DNA of 64,000 bases from Ramazzottius varieornatus (GCA_001949185.1 BDGG01000003.1:4318411-4382410), one strand, 5' to 3'; shown: positions 1-13,766, numbered from the stretch's first letter. Made by a program: numbers and translations. The notes: a model not told the origin generated them from the letters alone.

Positions 1-976
1 CCACCACTACGCGGTTGTCGTCGAAGTGCACCATGGAACGAAATAGTTTGACGGGATGCGACACTACCAGGAGGTTGTGAGAGTCCACGAGGGAGCTGCA
101 GTTAGCAGCAGAGACCACATCGTGTGGGAAGATGGGTAGACATGGACTGGCGAAGGGGAAGTAGTCGCCGGAAGTGGCGCGATCTGTCGCGAACTGAAAG
201 AGCTCGTACAGCACTGCTTGGTGGCCGTTGTCCTCCCATATCTTCTTGGCTTGTACTTCGACGCTTTGAGCCTGCGAAGATGGACACCAGTCAACATGTC
301 GACCTCGGGCATAGCCTAGGGAGAAATTGTCCAAAACGACCGAAGACTTCCGGGTCATTTCCGGTGCAGTTTGCAGCGCCGACCGTGAATGTCTGTTAAG
401 CGACATGTACTTACGATTCTGCGAGGCAGCCAGCAGGCTGAGACGCACACGTTAGCCGGCTGCTTCAGGGGATATTCGTCCGGCAAGGAGAACTTGAGGC
501 GAATCGGAGGTAGGTGATGTACCGCAGCGTGATTAGCAGGGAGAGACTTGTCCAGTGGTTCCTCGCCATTCTGCAAAATACAAGCCGCACATCACACTTT
601 CCACAGCATCTAGGAAGCACCATGAGCCAAACTTAACAGCAGAAGGTTACGAAGAAGATGCACCAGTGCTGTTCTATGGAAGATAACAGCAGATAGCGAT
701 CAGCTGTTCCTCCATATACTATACGCTTCGTGAAGCTTGGCTAATGTACGAACGTACCTTCTGAGAGCTATCTCGACGCATGCTCTCTTGCAAAGCGTCA
801 AGCTCCGTGAGCGATTCGATGATGACTATCTCCACGCCTTCCTCGAGGACGATGTAGATTTCGATGATTCCCGAGTTATGGTCCGTTTTCTGGAATTCTT
901 GGATGTCCAGCAGGGATTCGAGCACCACCATCTCTTCGTCGCGCAGTTCCGCACTGCGGTCGATATCCGTCGCCAT
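1..976 (-). CDS. RNF14: RNF14/ARA54-like RBR E3 ubiquitin ligase, 5' exons (RWD domain); gene runs off the left edge
   Basis: Spliced reading: MATDIDRSAELRDEEMVVLESLL..., VHHLPPIRLKFSLPDEYP...VSACWL (RWD), then KKIWEDNGHQAVLYELFQF...LFRSMVHFDDNR. This matches the RWD N-terminus of RNF14. The RING-IBR-RING region lies outside the window. Confidence 0.75.
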
Positions 977-1892
977 CTCGCTCAAGTGAAGTCCAGCAGC
1001 GGAGACGGAGGATGGTCCTAGACACGGTCCACTCCGGAATACGGATGGGGAGTCAAGACTCCAGAAACTCAACAGCTGCAAGCCTGCGAATGCGAACCTT
1101 TGGCGCTCGTCATTCAAGACTTTGCGATACAAGAGTTGGCTATTATTAATTGGTCGCAGTTCGACCCCAACGTAGACATTAGCTGTTCGGCTTTGGTCTT
1201 CGAGATCGACTGTTCGGACTCTGAAGGAAGACATCCTGCAGTAAGGTACGGTCGGTACCTGCACCTGTTGTCCGTTATTGCCCCTCTACGGATCCTCACT
1301 ATCACTGAAAGCGGGAAGCACACTGAACATTCAGGGAGACGTCGAACATCGCAGCTGGAAACCAGTAAGTACAGTAGGTGCCTGTTAGTGTATGATTAAT
1401 GCTATTGTCTTGTTCGTCCAGTTTTCGTACTTTCGACAGTTTCCGATTTTATGTTCTTGGTCTGCGTGCTCATGAACGAGCCCGCTATGCTTTTCCCGCG
1501 TTTCGCAATGCGAAAACACTTGTGTTTCGGTCAGCGGAACTTGCAGTACGCGTACGTAGTCAGACAGAAAGCCCGTGTCCGTCATTTTAGAAGTTCTTTT
1601 ACTGCACTTATACGCTATGTAAGAGACTGTAAATATTCGCTGCGTCTGCGCGGTACGTCATCGTACAAGTGAAGTACAGGCCCCGGTCCGGTTTCACGGA
1701 TTTCGCAACCCCCTACGGGGGTGCATCGTCACGTACGTGTACGTACTGCGCGGACGCAGCGAATATTTACAGTAATGAAATCCACAGGCCCATTAGGCCT
1801 TCGAAACCAAAAGTGTCCATGCCGGTTCGTGATTGTGCGGAATTCAAAAGAATTCTAGAGGACGATTGTACTGGAGATCAGTAAAAATGCTT

Positions 1893-4800
1893 TCAAAGGC
1901 GTTTGGAACTCAAAGATTTTGGAGGACCCTTTGACTGCGACTGTGCGTAGTCCTCCGACACAATATCTCCCAGTGGAGTCAACGGTATTGCCTCTCGTTT
2001 GTCCACCAGAAAACCGTTGGACGAATGACTCCTTTTGCGAGGCCGTTGTTTCGAAGACTCTGCGGAAGTTCGTCGTGATGCCGAGAACAGCACACTGATA
2101 TGACTGAGCAGCGACATCCGGTCAAAGTCGGTATGAAGACTGAGGTGCATCTTTCGCTGGGAGTGTCTCCTTTCAAGGTGCCCATTCCCCGGGTCCGTCG
2201 TTTCCCGCTCGCCTTTCCGCCTACCTGTGTGCGCCGGTCTGAAAAGCGGCGATGTGCGCCGACGAAACGAGTCCTTTAACGCTGTTCGATACGTACTCGA
2301 CATCAGAACGTAGACGTAAAAGTTCCCCGAGTAGTTCGCCAGAGCCAACGTTGTTGAAAGAGGTTCCCAGATATTCTGAGCTTCTATGATGTGGTAACAG
2401 TATGGCGCGTTGGAGAAATGGTCGAGAGTGTTCAGGATAACGTTTGGTCCTTGAGTGAGGAAGTACAGAAGGACGCAAGCCAGCAGCATCCGACAAGGTT
2501 TCTTCCGGATGGGCTTCACCGAAGACGGACTGCTAACTTCCGGTGTACCACTGGCTTTCTCCGCGGTTCTGCCGTGTTCTTTCCGCAGCGACCTACTGAT
2601 TTTTAATTGTGCTTTGAGGTACGTGAAGAGATAGGCGTTGGAGGCGAAGAGGATGATCGTGACAATTATCGGGAAAGCGATCTTTAGGACGAAAAGATCG
2701 ATAATAATTATGATGCATCATTATGATAGTGAAAATAAACCGCGGATGAAAGCCCTTAAAAATTGTAAGTGCGTCAGCCTGCAAAGATCGATGTGCTACT
2801 TACATTCAGCTTCTGTTGATGGCGAATCCAGGAAGCGATCCCTACACAAAGGAAGGGCGAATTGGACAATCACACGCTTTTAGCGCTCATTATTGGATGT
2901 CAAAGATGGAGTGAAAAATTGGTCAGTCTTCAGGCATCAACAGCTACAATATCGGATTGGCGAAATAAATAATAGGTTCTGGGAGAAAATGTTACGTACA
3001 TTCGGGCTGGACGTAGTTATCAACATGTTTGTCCCCCTCCCAGGAGTCGTAGTACCACACAAGTATTCCGCTATCCATGAGGGCCGACAGGAAGAAAAAA
3101 AGGGTAATCAGGAGAAGAGTGCTCTTCCAGTGCGCCCTCAACTGGTGCCGCCATGTCCGGAACCTGAAGGTTGCAAGTCTCTCCAGGGAGAACGCCATTA
3201 AAATCCTGTATACATTCAAAAGTCAAAATAGCGCGGTACTGCCAGAAACCGCAGTTTGTTGGATCTATTGAAAAAATGGGAGCACCCGAGGCCTATACAC
3301 ATGGGGCCTACACCCGGGGCCTACACCCGGGGCCTATATCACTGATTGTTTGATTGTGGCACATTGCTACGCTTGATTGGCCAGGAATTTTTGATTGAGG
3401 GTAGTGAAGTTTTTTATCCGCGCCACGCAGTGTTTACTGGCCTGTCACGTGACTGCGCGAAGCCATAGAGGTAGTACAGTAGTGGCCTAACGAAATCACG
3501 TAACAGAAGTCCAGTCCGACAACTAGTAAAAAAGGTATGGAAGGAAGAAAATTGGGGCCCAGTATTTTACTGCTTCGTAGGCTTCACGCATGACGTCATC
3601 CGACACGCGAAGCATCTCCACTGGGTTGAACTTGACGCCTACGATGACGCCTACAATAACGAATATGTGAGTTCTGTGATACCGCACAAGGAAGGTGGAA
3701 CTAAGCAATGTAAAATACCGCAGAGGTGGAAATAATTGAAAATTTATTTCTCTAAATCTAGTCATGTCATTTCGTGACAGCTGGTACACGCGGCTGGCCT
3801 AATTATTGGCCAGGACAAAATTTCTGGCCGGACGGGCTGGCGGCAGTTTAACGCAGGGATTGTTATGTCGTCGCAGAAACTAGCCCTGTGACGTCAGCAA
3901 GTAAAATTTCGCAGTACACTATGCGGAATACAGTCGTTCCGGATTTCGTTCCTTATTTCGTACTTCTTTTCTCATCTTGAGCAAGGTTAGCCTGGAATAT
4001 ACCGGAAGGTCTCAAGAGCAAGAGACAGCAAAAGTATACGGAGGATAGCCTGATGGCTTCAGTTGGTCCGTGCGGTCGCAGTTCAAGCCTTGATAAGGTG
4101 GTGGATTGCCTAAGTAAAGGCCGTCAGAGCTGCATTTGCCCAACACCATAACCAAGCATATAGAAGGAATCAGATCTACGATGAGAAGATTTCTGCAAAA
4201 CGTTTGGTTGTTCGTGACTTCGTGTAGGTAAAGCGGTATTGTGTGGTGAAAGCCAGTTCTCTTTCAGCCGCAAGCGAATACAGCTGGCGGAACCGCTGAT
4301 TCGGAAATCAGTGGCCAGAAATTTTGTCCAGGCCAATGATTAGGCCAGCCGCGTGTACCATTTGAAAGCCCTAGTTTTTCTCTACAACTCTTCGTCAACA
4401 CAAATGTGATTCGGAATTATGGCGGAAAATCCGTTTTCATTTGACAAGACCCATATATCATTCTTACACGTCGCTCATATGGCCAAACGTATAATGCAGC
4501 CAGGTAAACGCCCCGAAGGATCCCACCAACGAACTCTCCTTCGCCAGATCCAGCCCTAGGAGGTCCGGGTACCGATTCAAATAAAGCACGAGGACAGACC
4601 ACCTGGATAACCAGTAAGAATATTCATGAGAGATTCAAAAAGCAAGCTTTACGAATGGGACGCCGGCAAATGACTTGGACAGTGGCGCACACTCAGTCGA
4701 TAACGAGGAAAACGTGCGCCATGTTAGATCACGATCATGTTCAATTCAGATGCTGACGTCTCAAATCTTATTTATCTTCCTTGGTCTTTCCAAAAGGAAC

Positions 4801-5109
4801 ATGTAGACTATGCAGAGGAGGAAGGTGGACTTACATGACCATCATGTCGGAAATGGCAAGAGCCAGGAGAAAGACCTGCTTGGCACCGGTGCGGCAATAC
4901 CGGCACAGTACGATAATATTTAGAATATTTCCCAGAGTACATAAACAGATTAATACAGGAATAAAAACAACGGGAACAAGTTGCGCCACTTCGGAGGCAA
5001 ATTTGTCATTGTGGGAATGATTGTAGACTCGGTTGCAGTCATCTTCCAGGATAATCCATTCTTTGAGGTTCGGTCCAGCTAGTCCGCCAAACGTAACGCC
5101 ACGACTCAT
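1893..5109 (-). CDS. Class A (rhodopsin-like) GPCR, FMRFamide/sex-peptide/myosuppressin receptor-like; about 5 exons
   Basis: Exons at about 5109-4833, 4602-4468, 3201-2998, 2841-2803 and 2682-1893. TM1 GNILNIIVL, TM2 LALAISD, TM3 FSLERL (DRY-equivalent), TM6 YFLTQGP, TM7 NYSGNFYVY. Confidence 0.85.
3285..3340. repeat. Short tandem repeat (~14-bp unit GGGGCCTACACCC, about 4 copies) in a GPCR intron
   Basis: gaggcctatacacatggggcctacacccggggcctacacccggggcctatatc. Confidence 0.7.
3782..4360. mobile_element. Non-autonomous TIR element (MITE), ~580 bp, in a GPCR intron
   Basis: ~48-bp terminal inverted repeats: TGGTACACGCGGCTGGCCTAATTATTGGCCAGGACAAAATTTCTGGCC (3782-3829) versus GGCCAGAAATTTTGTCCAGGCCAATGATTAGGCCAGCCGCGTGTACCA (4313-4360). 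No coding capacity seen. A related solo TIR lies at about 6227-6275. Confidence 0.75.
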
Positions 5110-6871
5110 CCCGAAGAAGAAAAAAACGCAGAATGAAAATCGTAATGGACTAGTGAAAGCATAACGTGTGCATAACGAGCTGGCATCGAAAAGCTCAGCG
5201 CATGGGAGTTTCGACCAAGTTCACGTCAAGCGGCATCATTAATCTATAAGGTCCCTTCACAGATGCGTCTCTTGCGCTGTTTTCCAGCTCGCACGGCTCT
5301 GAACAGGGCATAGAGACCGCAGGATCAGACCCGATTTGACTATCAGCGGCTGCAGCAAACTTAGAAGATATCAAAAGCCGGATGGATTACAAGTGTGCTA
5401 CAGGAACGACGCTCCCGTTGCCGGCCGGAGTAAAAGGAGACAGAAGAGTTCCCGGTAGGAATGTAGACCGTAGTAATGACTGGGAAGTCCTCTTAACTGT
5501 GCGATCTGGTATTCCCAAAGCTCCGCCCTACGAGAACCAAGTCTGCGATAGTATGAGAATTGAGAAGAAGACTGACGTCAGCGAAAGCGAGTGGCTTTAG
5601 GGTACGCGGGGCGATGGGATCCGGGAGGCTTTAAATCATTCATGAAAATGAGACTCCGGCTGTTCAAGCGCGATCAAACCTTAGACAGAGGACATGGGCT
5701 CGAGAAGCTAAGCTCGCAATCGAATTTACAAATGGAAAAAGCAGTCGACTGGGAGGTTGATTTCACGAACCCGGCGAACTCAACTAAAGCACGTGGACAA
5801 CTCTGATTCAGCAGCTCGTGAATCATTCGACAGATTTCGATTTTTTAATGATCCCGTTGGCCTCGTGATGTATCCATCAACACAGAACAAACTCGACAGT
5901 TTTAACTTGCCGGGAAGATCTTGACGTAGCTGGTGGCCTGGAAGACATTTGTGTCAAGTTTGAGACGCGCGACTTGATTTAGTTTCTAGTCAATGGAGCA
6001 AAGCAGTGACAGCACTTACCCAGGCTTACTCGTGAGCTTTCGTTGGCAGACCCATCGACAACATGAGCCGATCGCCTTCCGTAACTCTCCCGTAGTTGGT
6101 GGTTCATCCTTGCTTTGGAGATAAGGTGAAGCCGACAGCTGATCCTGGTGACAGTAAATATAGACCGCCGATATTTCTGAGGCAGAATGTGAAAAGTGGA
6201 GCTCTTAAACTTAATGCCGTATTTCAGTACACGCACCTGGCATAATTATCAGCTGGGACAAAATTTTTGGCCACTGGCCGAAAGCGGCATCTCCCCTGGG
6301 GGCTAGCCGAGGGTGGATGCGTTCTGTGACTTCTGTCCTGAATGCTGCCGTTAACCCAGGGAGTACGGCACGGATTAGAGGCCATGGCCCATCTCTCAAC
6401 AGGTGCCAGTCGTGTCGCTGTTACGTGCAGTGCAAATCCCCTGGACCAAGGGAGAAGGGTGCTGATTTATCGCATGTTGCACCTAAAACACACGTCACTG
6501 CAGCGATTGCCTTCATAAACCAGGACGAACAACTTCTGGTTTCAAAAAGTTGCTCTTCCCTCGGAAATCTACAGCGGAAAGAGACAAGATCCTCATCATC
6601 AGGGAGAAGGAGAGTCTGTGGGTATCTGTCGGTCCCGCCATTACGCATAGCCCGAAACATTCACGGCTAGTCCGAAGATCTGCAACGTCAAAACAACAGC
6701 GCGTAAGTGCTGACCGGTGGCCAGTCGTCGCTGTTGGTAGATATAAATGATCTTGTCTCCTCCCGTGTTGATTATAGTCTTGATTCAACTGTGAAAGTAT
6801 TGACCTGTTGGAAGCATTGATAACTTAGAACTCGGAAGCGAGGTCCGTGATCGTCCGTCGGCGTCGACACC

Positions 6872-9800
6872 ATGGACAGCCAGAACAGTCCTGAACCCCA
6901 GGGTCACGGAAGATGGGATACGGTATCGCTGCCACTACTGCGGAAACGAGGCCTTCAAATGCAAATTCAGGTATTCTTCTCATCTTTCTCATTGTTTTCC
7001 ATTGCGTGAGTGATGGAGAACCATTAGATAAATGTTTTTTAATTATCCTTCAGCGAGCCACGCAAAGCGACGTCGTCGGGGTAGTTCCCTCAACGATCCA
7101 CGATCCTGCCACTCCGTCGTCCGTCTCCCATTCCCGAATCAGCTTCGAGCAGTTCCGATACACTGGGAGCAAAGCGAACAATGTCCAGAATGGCTCAGCT
7201 GATAGCGGGGATCGTCGAGCGAGCTCAGCAGCCAGCTCCAGTTACTTCTCCGCCAACAGTCGTCGGCAGCACGAAGTCCAGTCAAGCAGGATGGAAGCCC
7301 CGCGTTTCTCGGAAGTCACGTCCGAGGGACGTGGACTGGCTCACGTCGTTATAGGTATGTCTATAGGTTCCAATCACCTTCAGTAATGATGGTAATTTGG
7401 ATGACAGCAAGCGTGTTATCGATGCTGGAAAAACAGACGGGACTTTTCTTTATTTTAGCACTTGCGGAAGGACGAGGTAACGCTCACGGGGAGGTCGGCC
7501 TTTCTGTCATCGATCTCCGGACTTCGGTGGTATCTTTGGGACAGTATGCTGATTCTGCGAGTTACATGAAGACCATCTGCAAGTTAAACGCCCTCGAACC
7601 CTCTGTAGTAAGAAGACTCTCCAAAGAAGCTCCTGAATGAGAAATTTTACTATGACTTATACACTAATACACGGATCGAAAACCTAACTATGATTTCGTT
7701 TTCAGTTGATTATTCCGGAAACGATGACAGCTCCGCAGAACCTGCAGCCTCTTTACACTATACTGCGCGAGTTCCACTATCAAGGCGGTCCTTCCATCGT
7801 CACGGTGCAGCGAAGGCTCTACAGCGAAGCTGCCGGGATGGACCTTGTGAAGAAGCTGAACTTGAGCTTTGACGGAAAGCTGGAAATGGAGCTAACTTCC
7901 AAGTAATTTTAGCTTCCGTCTTCCCCCACGTACTACAGCAAAGCTGTGAGAGCCGTTGTGACAGCTATCGTGAGTTATGGTTTTCCTCTCGCAGGTACTA
8001 CTGTCTAGCTTCTCTTGCTGCCCTGATAACTTACGTCGAATCCGAGCGAAAGCTGATCCTGATGCCTCAGACTCTGCGAATAGAATACATGCAGATGGAA
8101 GACACCTGTTTGATCGGTATGTAGTCCCTTTCCTTCGAGACGGAAGTTGAATTCGTCCACGTTCTTTTCATTTGCAGATGTTTCGACATCGAAGAGCCTG
8201 GAGCTGATCAGTAACGCCACGCACCAACAGTTGGCAAACAAGTGTCTGCTTGGCGTTCTGGACCATACCAAGACGTATGCCGGAGGCCGCCTGCTTCGAG
8301 CTAACTTACTGCAACCCTTCACGAAGCTCCTCACCATCCAAATGCGCCTTGAGTGCATCCAAGAGATGGTTCGAACCGAAGATTTGTACTTTGGGCTGCA
8401 GCAGCTCCTCAGCCGGTTTACCGATGTCGAAAAAGCCATCGCGTTTCTCGTCCAGGTAAGCCGACTTATGAAAATCTTCCACAAAGACTGGAAGCTCAGC
8501 AAACAAACTCGATAAGACCATTTTCCCAAGTGGCGCGCACTTTTGCATTGATATTAGCAGGAATCGTGCGCCACTTTGAAAAGTGTTCTGGTTTGCCGAG
8601 CTCTTAATTATCGCACTAATTTTATTGAACGCTGATACTTCGTTTAGACGCCGACGAAAGAGTCAGCGAAGGTTTCCGAAAGCTACATCGGCTCCATAAT
8701 CCACTTGAAGCATATTCTGAGCCTGGTGGAGCCACTGCGGGACCTGCTGACCGGAAGTCACAGTGAGCTACTGCGCGGTTTTCAGCAAATGTTGAACGAC
8801 GGTCGGTTTGACGACATGCGCAACATTATCGAGGTCCTCGTCCATCCGGAAGCGAAATTCGAGAAAGGTTCTCTGCGTATGAAAACCCAGAAATGCTACG
8901 CAGTCAGAGTAAGATACGCCACAACTATACAGTGTACCACACTTGACACAAATATGGTTTTGCCTGACCTTCTTTTCTTGTAGCCGAAGATCAACGGTTG
9001 TTTGGATGTTGCGCGTCTGTTGTACGCTGAGTCAGTAGACGATATTTCAGGTTATAAAACCGAGTTTGACCAAAACCTTGCACCGAGCAAACGAACTTGA
9101 CCAGAATATTTTCCCAAGTGGTGTACGATTTCAGCTAAGAATGCTGAGAAAGTGCGCCACTGGGGAAACCATCTGGTCAAGTTTGTGCTTGCCGAGCTCC
9201 CCTGTGTTGTTTATGTCCTTTTCAGCTTTGGTGGTCAAGCTACAGGAACAGCACAACCTTCCTCTCCAAACCGGGTACGACGTGACACGAGGCTTCCACC
9301 TCCAGTTATTCACTGGAGGAAAGAGCCCCATCGATGTCAAAACCTTGCCCAAGGACTTCATCCACATAACCAAGACCAAGAACACGATCTACTGTACCAC
9401 GAAAGAGCTCGTTAACTTGAACGGTGATTTTCGAACCTTATCGGCGGTTGTTTTTGACTACAATCTCTCGCATGATGTTTCTATCCTTCGATTTTAGGAC
9501 GAAGCCTGGAATGCATTCGGGAAGTCTTCGTTCTAAGCCACGAGTAAGATTTGTTTCTCCGCTCCGCAACCGTGAAGCACTTTGTGGTGCAAGTCTGTTT
9601 CTCGCAGAATGCTGAAACGGGCCTGCGACTCGTTGAGACCGCTGATTGGGTGTCTTTACGAACTGGCTGAGTGTGTCGCCACTGTCGATGTGCTGGTCTC
9701 GCTGACCACGGCCTGTTCTCTTGGAGATTACAGTACGATTGGTTCCTTCACTTCCGCCTGCATTGCAGTATCGAACTCTTGTGACAGATTTCTCCCCTTA

Positions 9801-11553
9801 GCACGTCCCACCTTTCACGAAGTTCTCGTCTTGGAGCGCAGCCGCCATCCTATTTTGGAGCGGCTACTTCCTGAACCGCCCATTCCCAATAACGCTGTAA
9901 GATAATTCTGTTGTCCGTATAATTGATAGGCGACCGCGCCATCAAACTTTTCTTGAAGATAGATTTACTCAGTCTGTTTTCGTAGTACGCTGATGAAGGC
10001 TGCAACTTTACCGTGATCACGGGGCCGAATATGGTAAGTAAGGTTTCAAAACTTATTTCTTACTTCCGGCCCACCTTTTTCCGAGTGTGATGATACGAAT
10101 TGCAATAGGCAGGAAAGACGACATACATGAAGCAGATCGCCCTCCTGCAGATCATGGCACAAATCGGCTCGTTCGTGCCGGCCGAGTTCGCCTGCTTCCA
10201 AGTGTACGACAAGATTCTCTCCCGATTCGGATCGGGAGATGACATTCAGTCCAACGCGTCCACGTTCATGATGGAGGTAAGAGTCATACCATTTGACCTT
10301 ATTCGTTTAGCACCTTGCTCAACCAAATTCCTTCTTTTTGTCTTATATGCGACTGTATTTCTGCAGATGAGAGACATGCAATACATCAGCCAACATGCCG
10401 ATCGCGGTACGCTTGTCCTGATCGACGAACTTGGCCGAGGTTTGTCTTTCCACCTTCTGTCAACTTGTCATTTAATATAGGAGGTAAACGTTCTTGTTTC
10501 AGGAACAAGCCCGGAAGAAGGTCTCGGTATCTGCTGGGCACTCTGCGAGGAGCTTTTACTGACTAAAGCCACGACTTTCTTCGTCACGCACTTCGAAGAA
10601 ATCTGCGACTTGCAGCACCTGTACATGGGCATCCACAAGTAAGTCCTCCTCAGTCCTTACGACATCTGAATTGTCGAGACAACCGTACGTGGTTCCCCAG
10701 CGTCCATTTCCGAACGATAACGAAGAAGTCGGACGAGAACGTCGTCGAAGTACTGCAGCACACTCACGAGTTGGTCGACGGGTCAAGCCTGGATGTCCGC
10801 TACGGCTTGGCCACAGCGCAAAGCACTTCGCTACCTAAAGAAATCATCGCGGACGCTGCTCACATTCTGACCAAGATTCGGGCAATGCGTTTTGTAAGTA
10901 GAAAGCTTTCAACTTCCATAATTGGCAGCCCGACAAACACAGTCGACTACGTCGTTTCTCCAAGTGGCGCACGCTCTCTGGAGTTTTGGCTGGACGGATG
11001 CGCCACCTCGGGAAATGACGTTGTCGGCTTTGTTTGTCGAGCTCCCCATTATCGTCGAAAATTGTCGAATGCGAATAGTTGGAAAAAATATTCGACTAGG
11101 CGTCTCATCCGGTACAGTGTACTGTATTATGTTATTAATTTGTAGACGATGGGAGAGGACGAGCAAGAGTTTCAGCGTCAGCAGATCAACTGTCGATACG
11201 CCAGCCGGATAGTCCAGCTGGGTTACAACAAGAACCTGAGCTACAACGACATCGAGGATATGCTTGTGCGTATTCGAGCAGACTTTCTCGAGGAGATGGT
11301 AACGCTTCAGCCAGAAAAACGTCCATCACAAGGTGAGGGTGGGCAGGAGAACGTAGAAAAGATTCCGGAAACGCCAGAAAGTCTCTCGCAAAGCCTGGCA
11401 ACGCAGATGATCATTTCGCAAGACAAACCACCGAAGAAGCAGTCAGAAAAGACTGGAGTCAAACGGGCATTGAGCGAACATCTGCTGGAGGAGGGCCACC
11501 TGGCTAGACATTCGAAGCGAGCGTACCCGGAAATACCAAAATCTATCATTTAG
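6872..11553 (+). CDS. MSH4: MutS homolog 4 (meiotic crossover factor), multi-exon
   Basis: ALAEGRGNAHGEVGLSVIDL (MSH4-type domain II), SLELISN...LLGVLDHTKTYAGGRLLRANLLQP, RHPILE, Walker A ITGPNM/AGKTTYMKQIALLQIMAQIGSFVPA, NASTFMME, LVLIDELGRGTS, FVTHF. There is no mismatch-binding domain I, as expected for MSH4. Confidence 0.93.
9081..9199. repeat. Representative full-length copy of the palindromic element (MSH4 intron)
   Basis: caccgagcaaacgaacttgaccagaatattttcccaagtggtgta-N27-tgcgccactggggaaaccatctggtcaagtttgtgcttgccgagctc. Confidence 0.9.
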
Positions 11554-12559
11554 AATTCTTCAATCTCTTGTTATTTTTCCACTATCTCGTAGTGTACAAT
11601 GGAGATTTCTTCTTTTAGTTATGTTTGTTTGTTCTCAGTATAACCGACCCGTTTAATCGGTGATTTCTTGGTCTTCTTTTTGTTTGCTTGCCGATGAATA
11701 TTAACTGTTTCGTCGGCAAGCAACACCTTTGTGTGATGAAGTTCTTCCTGCCTTCATCGTAGAACGGACTCTGATTTAAATATCTTGGTTCTTTCTTCAG
11801 GAGACTCCAAATGCTACGATGAGAAACTTCTGAGTAAAATAGTTACCACGTCAACACGGGAAAGAAAGCGAGTCCACTAACGGGTTTCTCACAGAGAAAT
11901 TCGTCTGAAAACAGAAACAACAGGACTCTGTGCACGCTTCCGACTAATTTAAAAAGCAGCGCGAGCTGTTACAGAGGAAGTACGCGTACAGAAGCATAGA
12001 TGCTTAGATCGTCTTCGGCAACTTCCTTGTCGGAATCAACAGGCAACATCCCTATGGCTTTCCTGAAGCTCATCTGCCGAGTGGGAGTTGGATTATCCAG
12101 CCAGTCAATAGCCTGTCCAAACTTGAAAGCTACGTTCCGACTCAAAGCTGGTATTATGGTTCCGTAAAATTAACCTGAAAGATAGACACGTCATACTCAT
12201 TTGCCGCTACATCAACGAAATTACTTGTGGAATTTTTGGTATCAAAAGTAATAAAACGTCAGTTCGGATTTACGATAAAAAATAAATCGCCACGTTACGT
12301 ACTGTAGTTCGTACCAACTAAAGCGCCATCTTTACGCTAGTCAAGAATAATATTCATGTTTTTTCTACGGGGTGGAGTCCGTTCGGGGGACCCAAATACC
12401 TTCATATTCTCCCCGCTCCAGAGAGCCGTGTTTGTTCAAGTCTTCGGTCACACGTTTTTCCGTCCAAAAGAAATAAGGCTTGTTTGGATATTTCTTCCTC
12501 CGTTCCTGTTTTGTCAGGGGGGGGGGCGACTAGTCACCGGTGCATACTGCCGGTAAATT

Positions 12560-12944
12560 GAATGGAAAGCATTGCTCTGCAAGAAATGGATCAGGTCAAA
12601 CTTGTCATTTATATAGCATAAATGAAATATGTACATGTTCCGGCAAGCTTATACCCATTAGCTTCTAATAAAATGTCGTTGGATGTTAGCCTTCGGTCTT
12701 CTTTTGGGCGCATGCACCAGTTAACTTGATCCACATAGAGGAGCTGGCCATTTTCATATCCACCTGCGACTGAAAAGCCATAGTAGTCAACCCATCCTTC
12801 TTCCCCGCAAGGTCTTCGTTTGCAGAGCATCTTCCATCGTACACGCAGCAATATACAATATTCTTTATGATGAGATGGATGTCTTTCGCGAATTAATCGA
12901 AAGTTTTGGAGATCATTTTTGACAGGCATCTGTTCCTTGCACAT
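12560..12944 (-). pseudogene. Possible PDZ-domain (MAGI PDZ0-like) exon or gene relic
   Basis: The ORF contains YGFSVAGGYENGQLLYVDQV...NDILLEANGYKLAG, resembling a PDZ GLGF loop and the GD.ILEVNG motif. An FDLIHFLQ-like continuation is out of frame, and I could not build a complete gene model. Confidence 0.4.
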
Positions 12945-13489
12945 AACTGCACACAGCCATGCACATGGATATCGTTAATCTTGAGTTACGGTTAGACTGG
13001 AAGGACGATGTTGCTACTGCATGCTCGACAACACACGATAAATTGACCGTACTAGCACGTGCTAAGTTAAAGAAGAATTACATATCGTACATACCAAACA
13101 AGCAGAACTTCTATAAATAGCTTCCTTAGCCACTCCAAAGCCACTCGTGACTCAGCAGTATGGAACCTTCAATGTCTTGAGGGCGCGAGGATACTAAAAT
13201 TTATCCATTTAATGGATTCTATCAATACAAGCATGATTTCACAACCTACACAGTTTGATACAGTAGAAACTTCCTCCATTTGTTAAAGATTTTCATCAGT
13301 AAAGACCTACTTGTAGTAGCATTACAGTACCGAAAAAAGTTTCAACAAGGAAGTCATCTAGATTCTTGAAGTCTTGATTCAACAGTAAGGTCGAGAACAA
13401 CGCTGCGCTAGGCCTCGGCTCTTTCAGCTGTCTCTACAGGTTAACCTTCTCACGTTGCGCCATTTTTGATTTTAATTATCATGAACTCA

Positions 13490-13580
13490 GAGCGATTTTC
13501 GAGGACCGTTAGACTGCGACTGTGTGTAGTCCTCCGGCACGATATCTTCCAGGGGATGACATCAGATATGCCTTAGAGTT
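13490..13580 (-). pseudogene. Duplicated fragment of the GPCR C-terminal coding end
   Basis: 13501-13555 aligns to 1921-1977. The minus strand translates PLEDIVPEDYTQSQSNGPRKS versus PLGDIVSEDYAQSQSKGPPKS in the GPCR. Confidence 0.75.
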
Positions 13581-13766
13581 CTCCCGTTGCTGTACCCCAT
13601 TCCCAAACCGAAATCTCGAGCGGTCTTCACCTTGCACCGGTAAAACCGATGTATAGTACAATACCAGCGTAACAACGAACTGAGATACGTAACAGCAACC
13701 TTCTAGACGTCGAATGTCGCTACCAGTAGCAGGAGAGAAAAGAAAGTTCGATGGTTTTGAGGACCC

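Noticed and set aside
8456-8647. Palindrome as an introner (intron-generating element)
   Set aside because: The element ends do not coincide with splice sites: here the intron is about 8456-8647 and the element about 8493-8603. Flanking lengths vary, and copies also occur outside genes.
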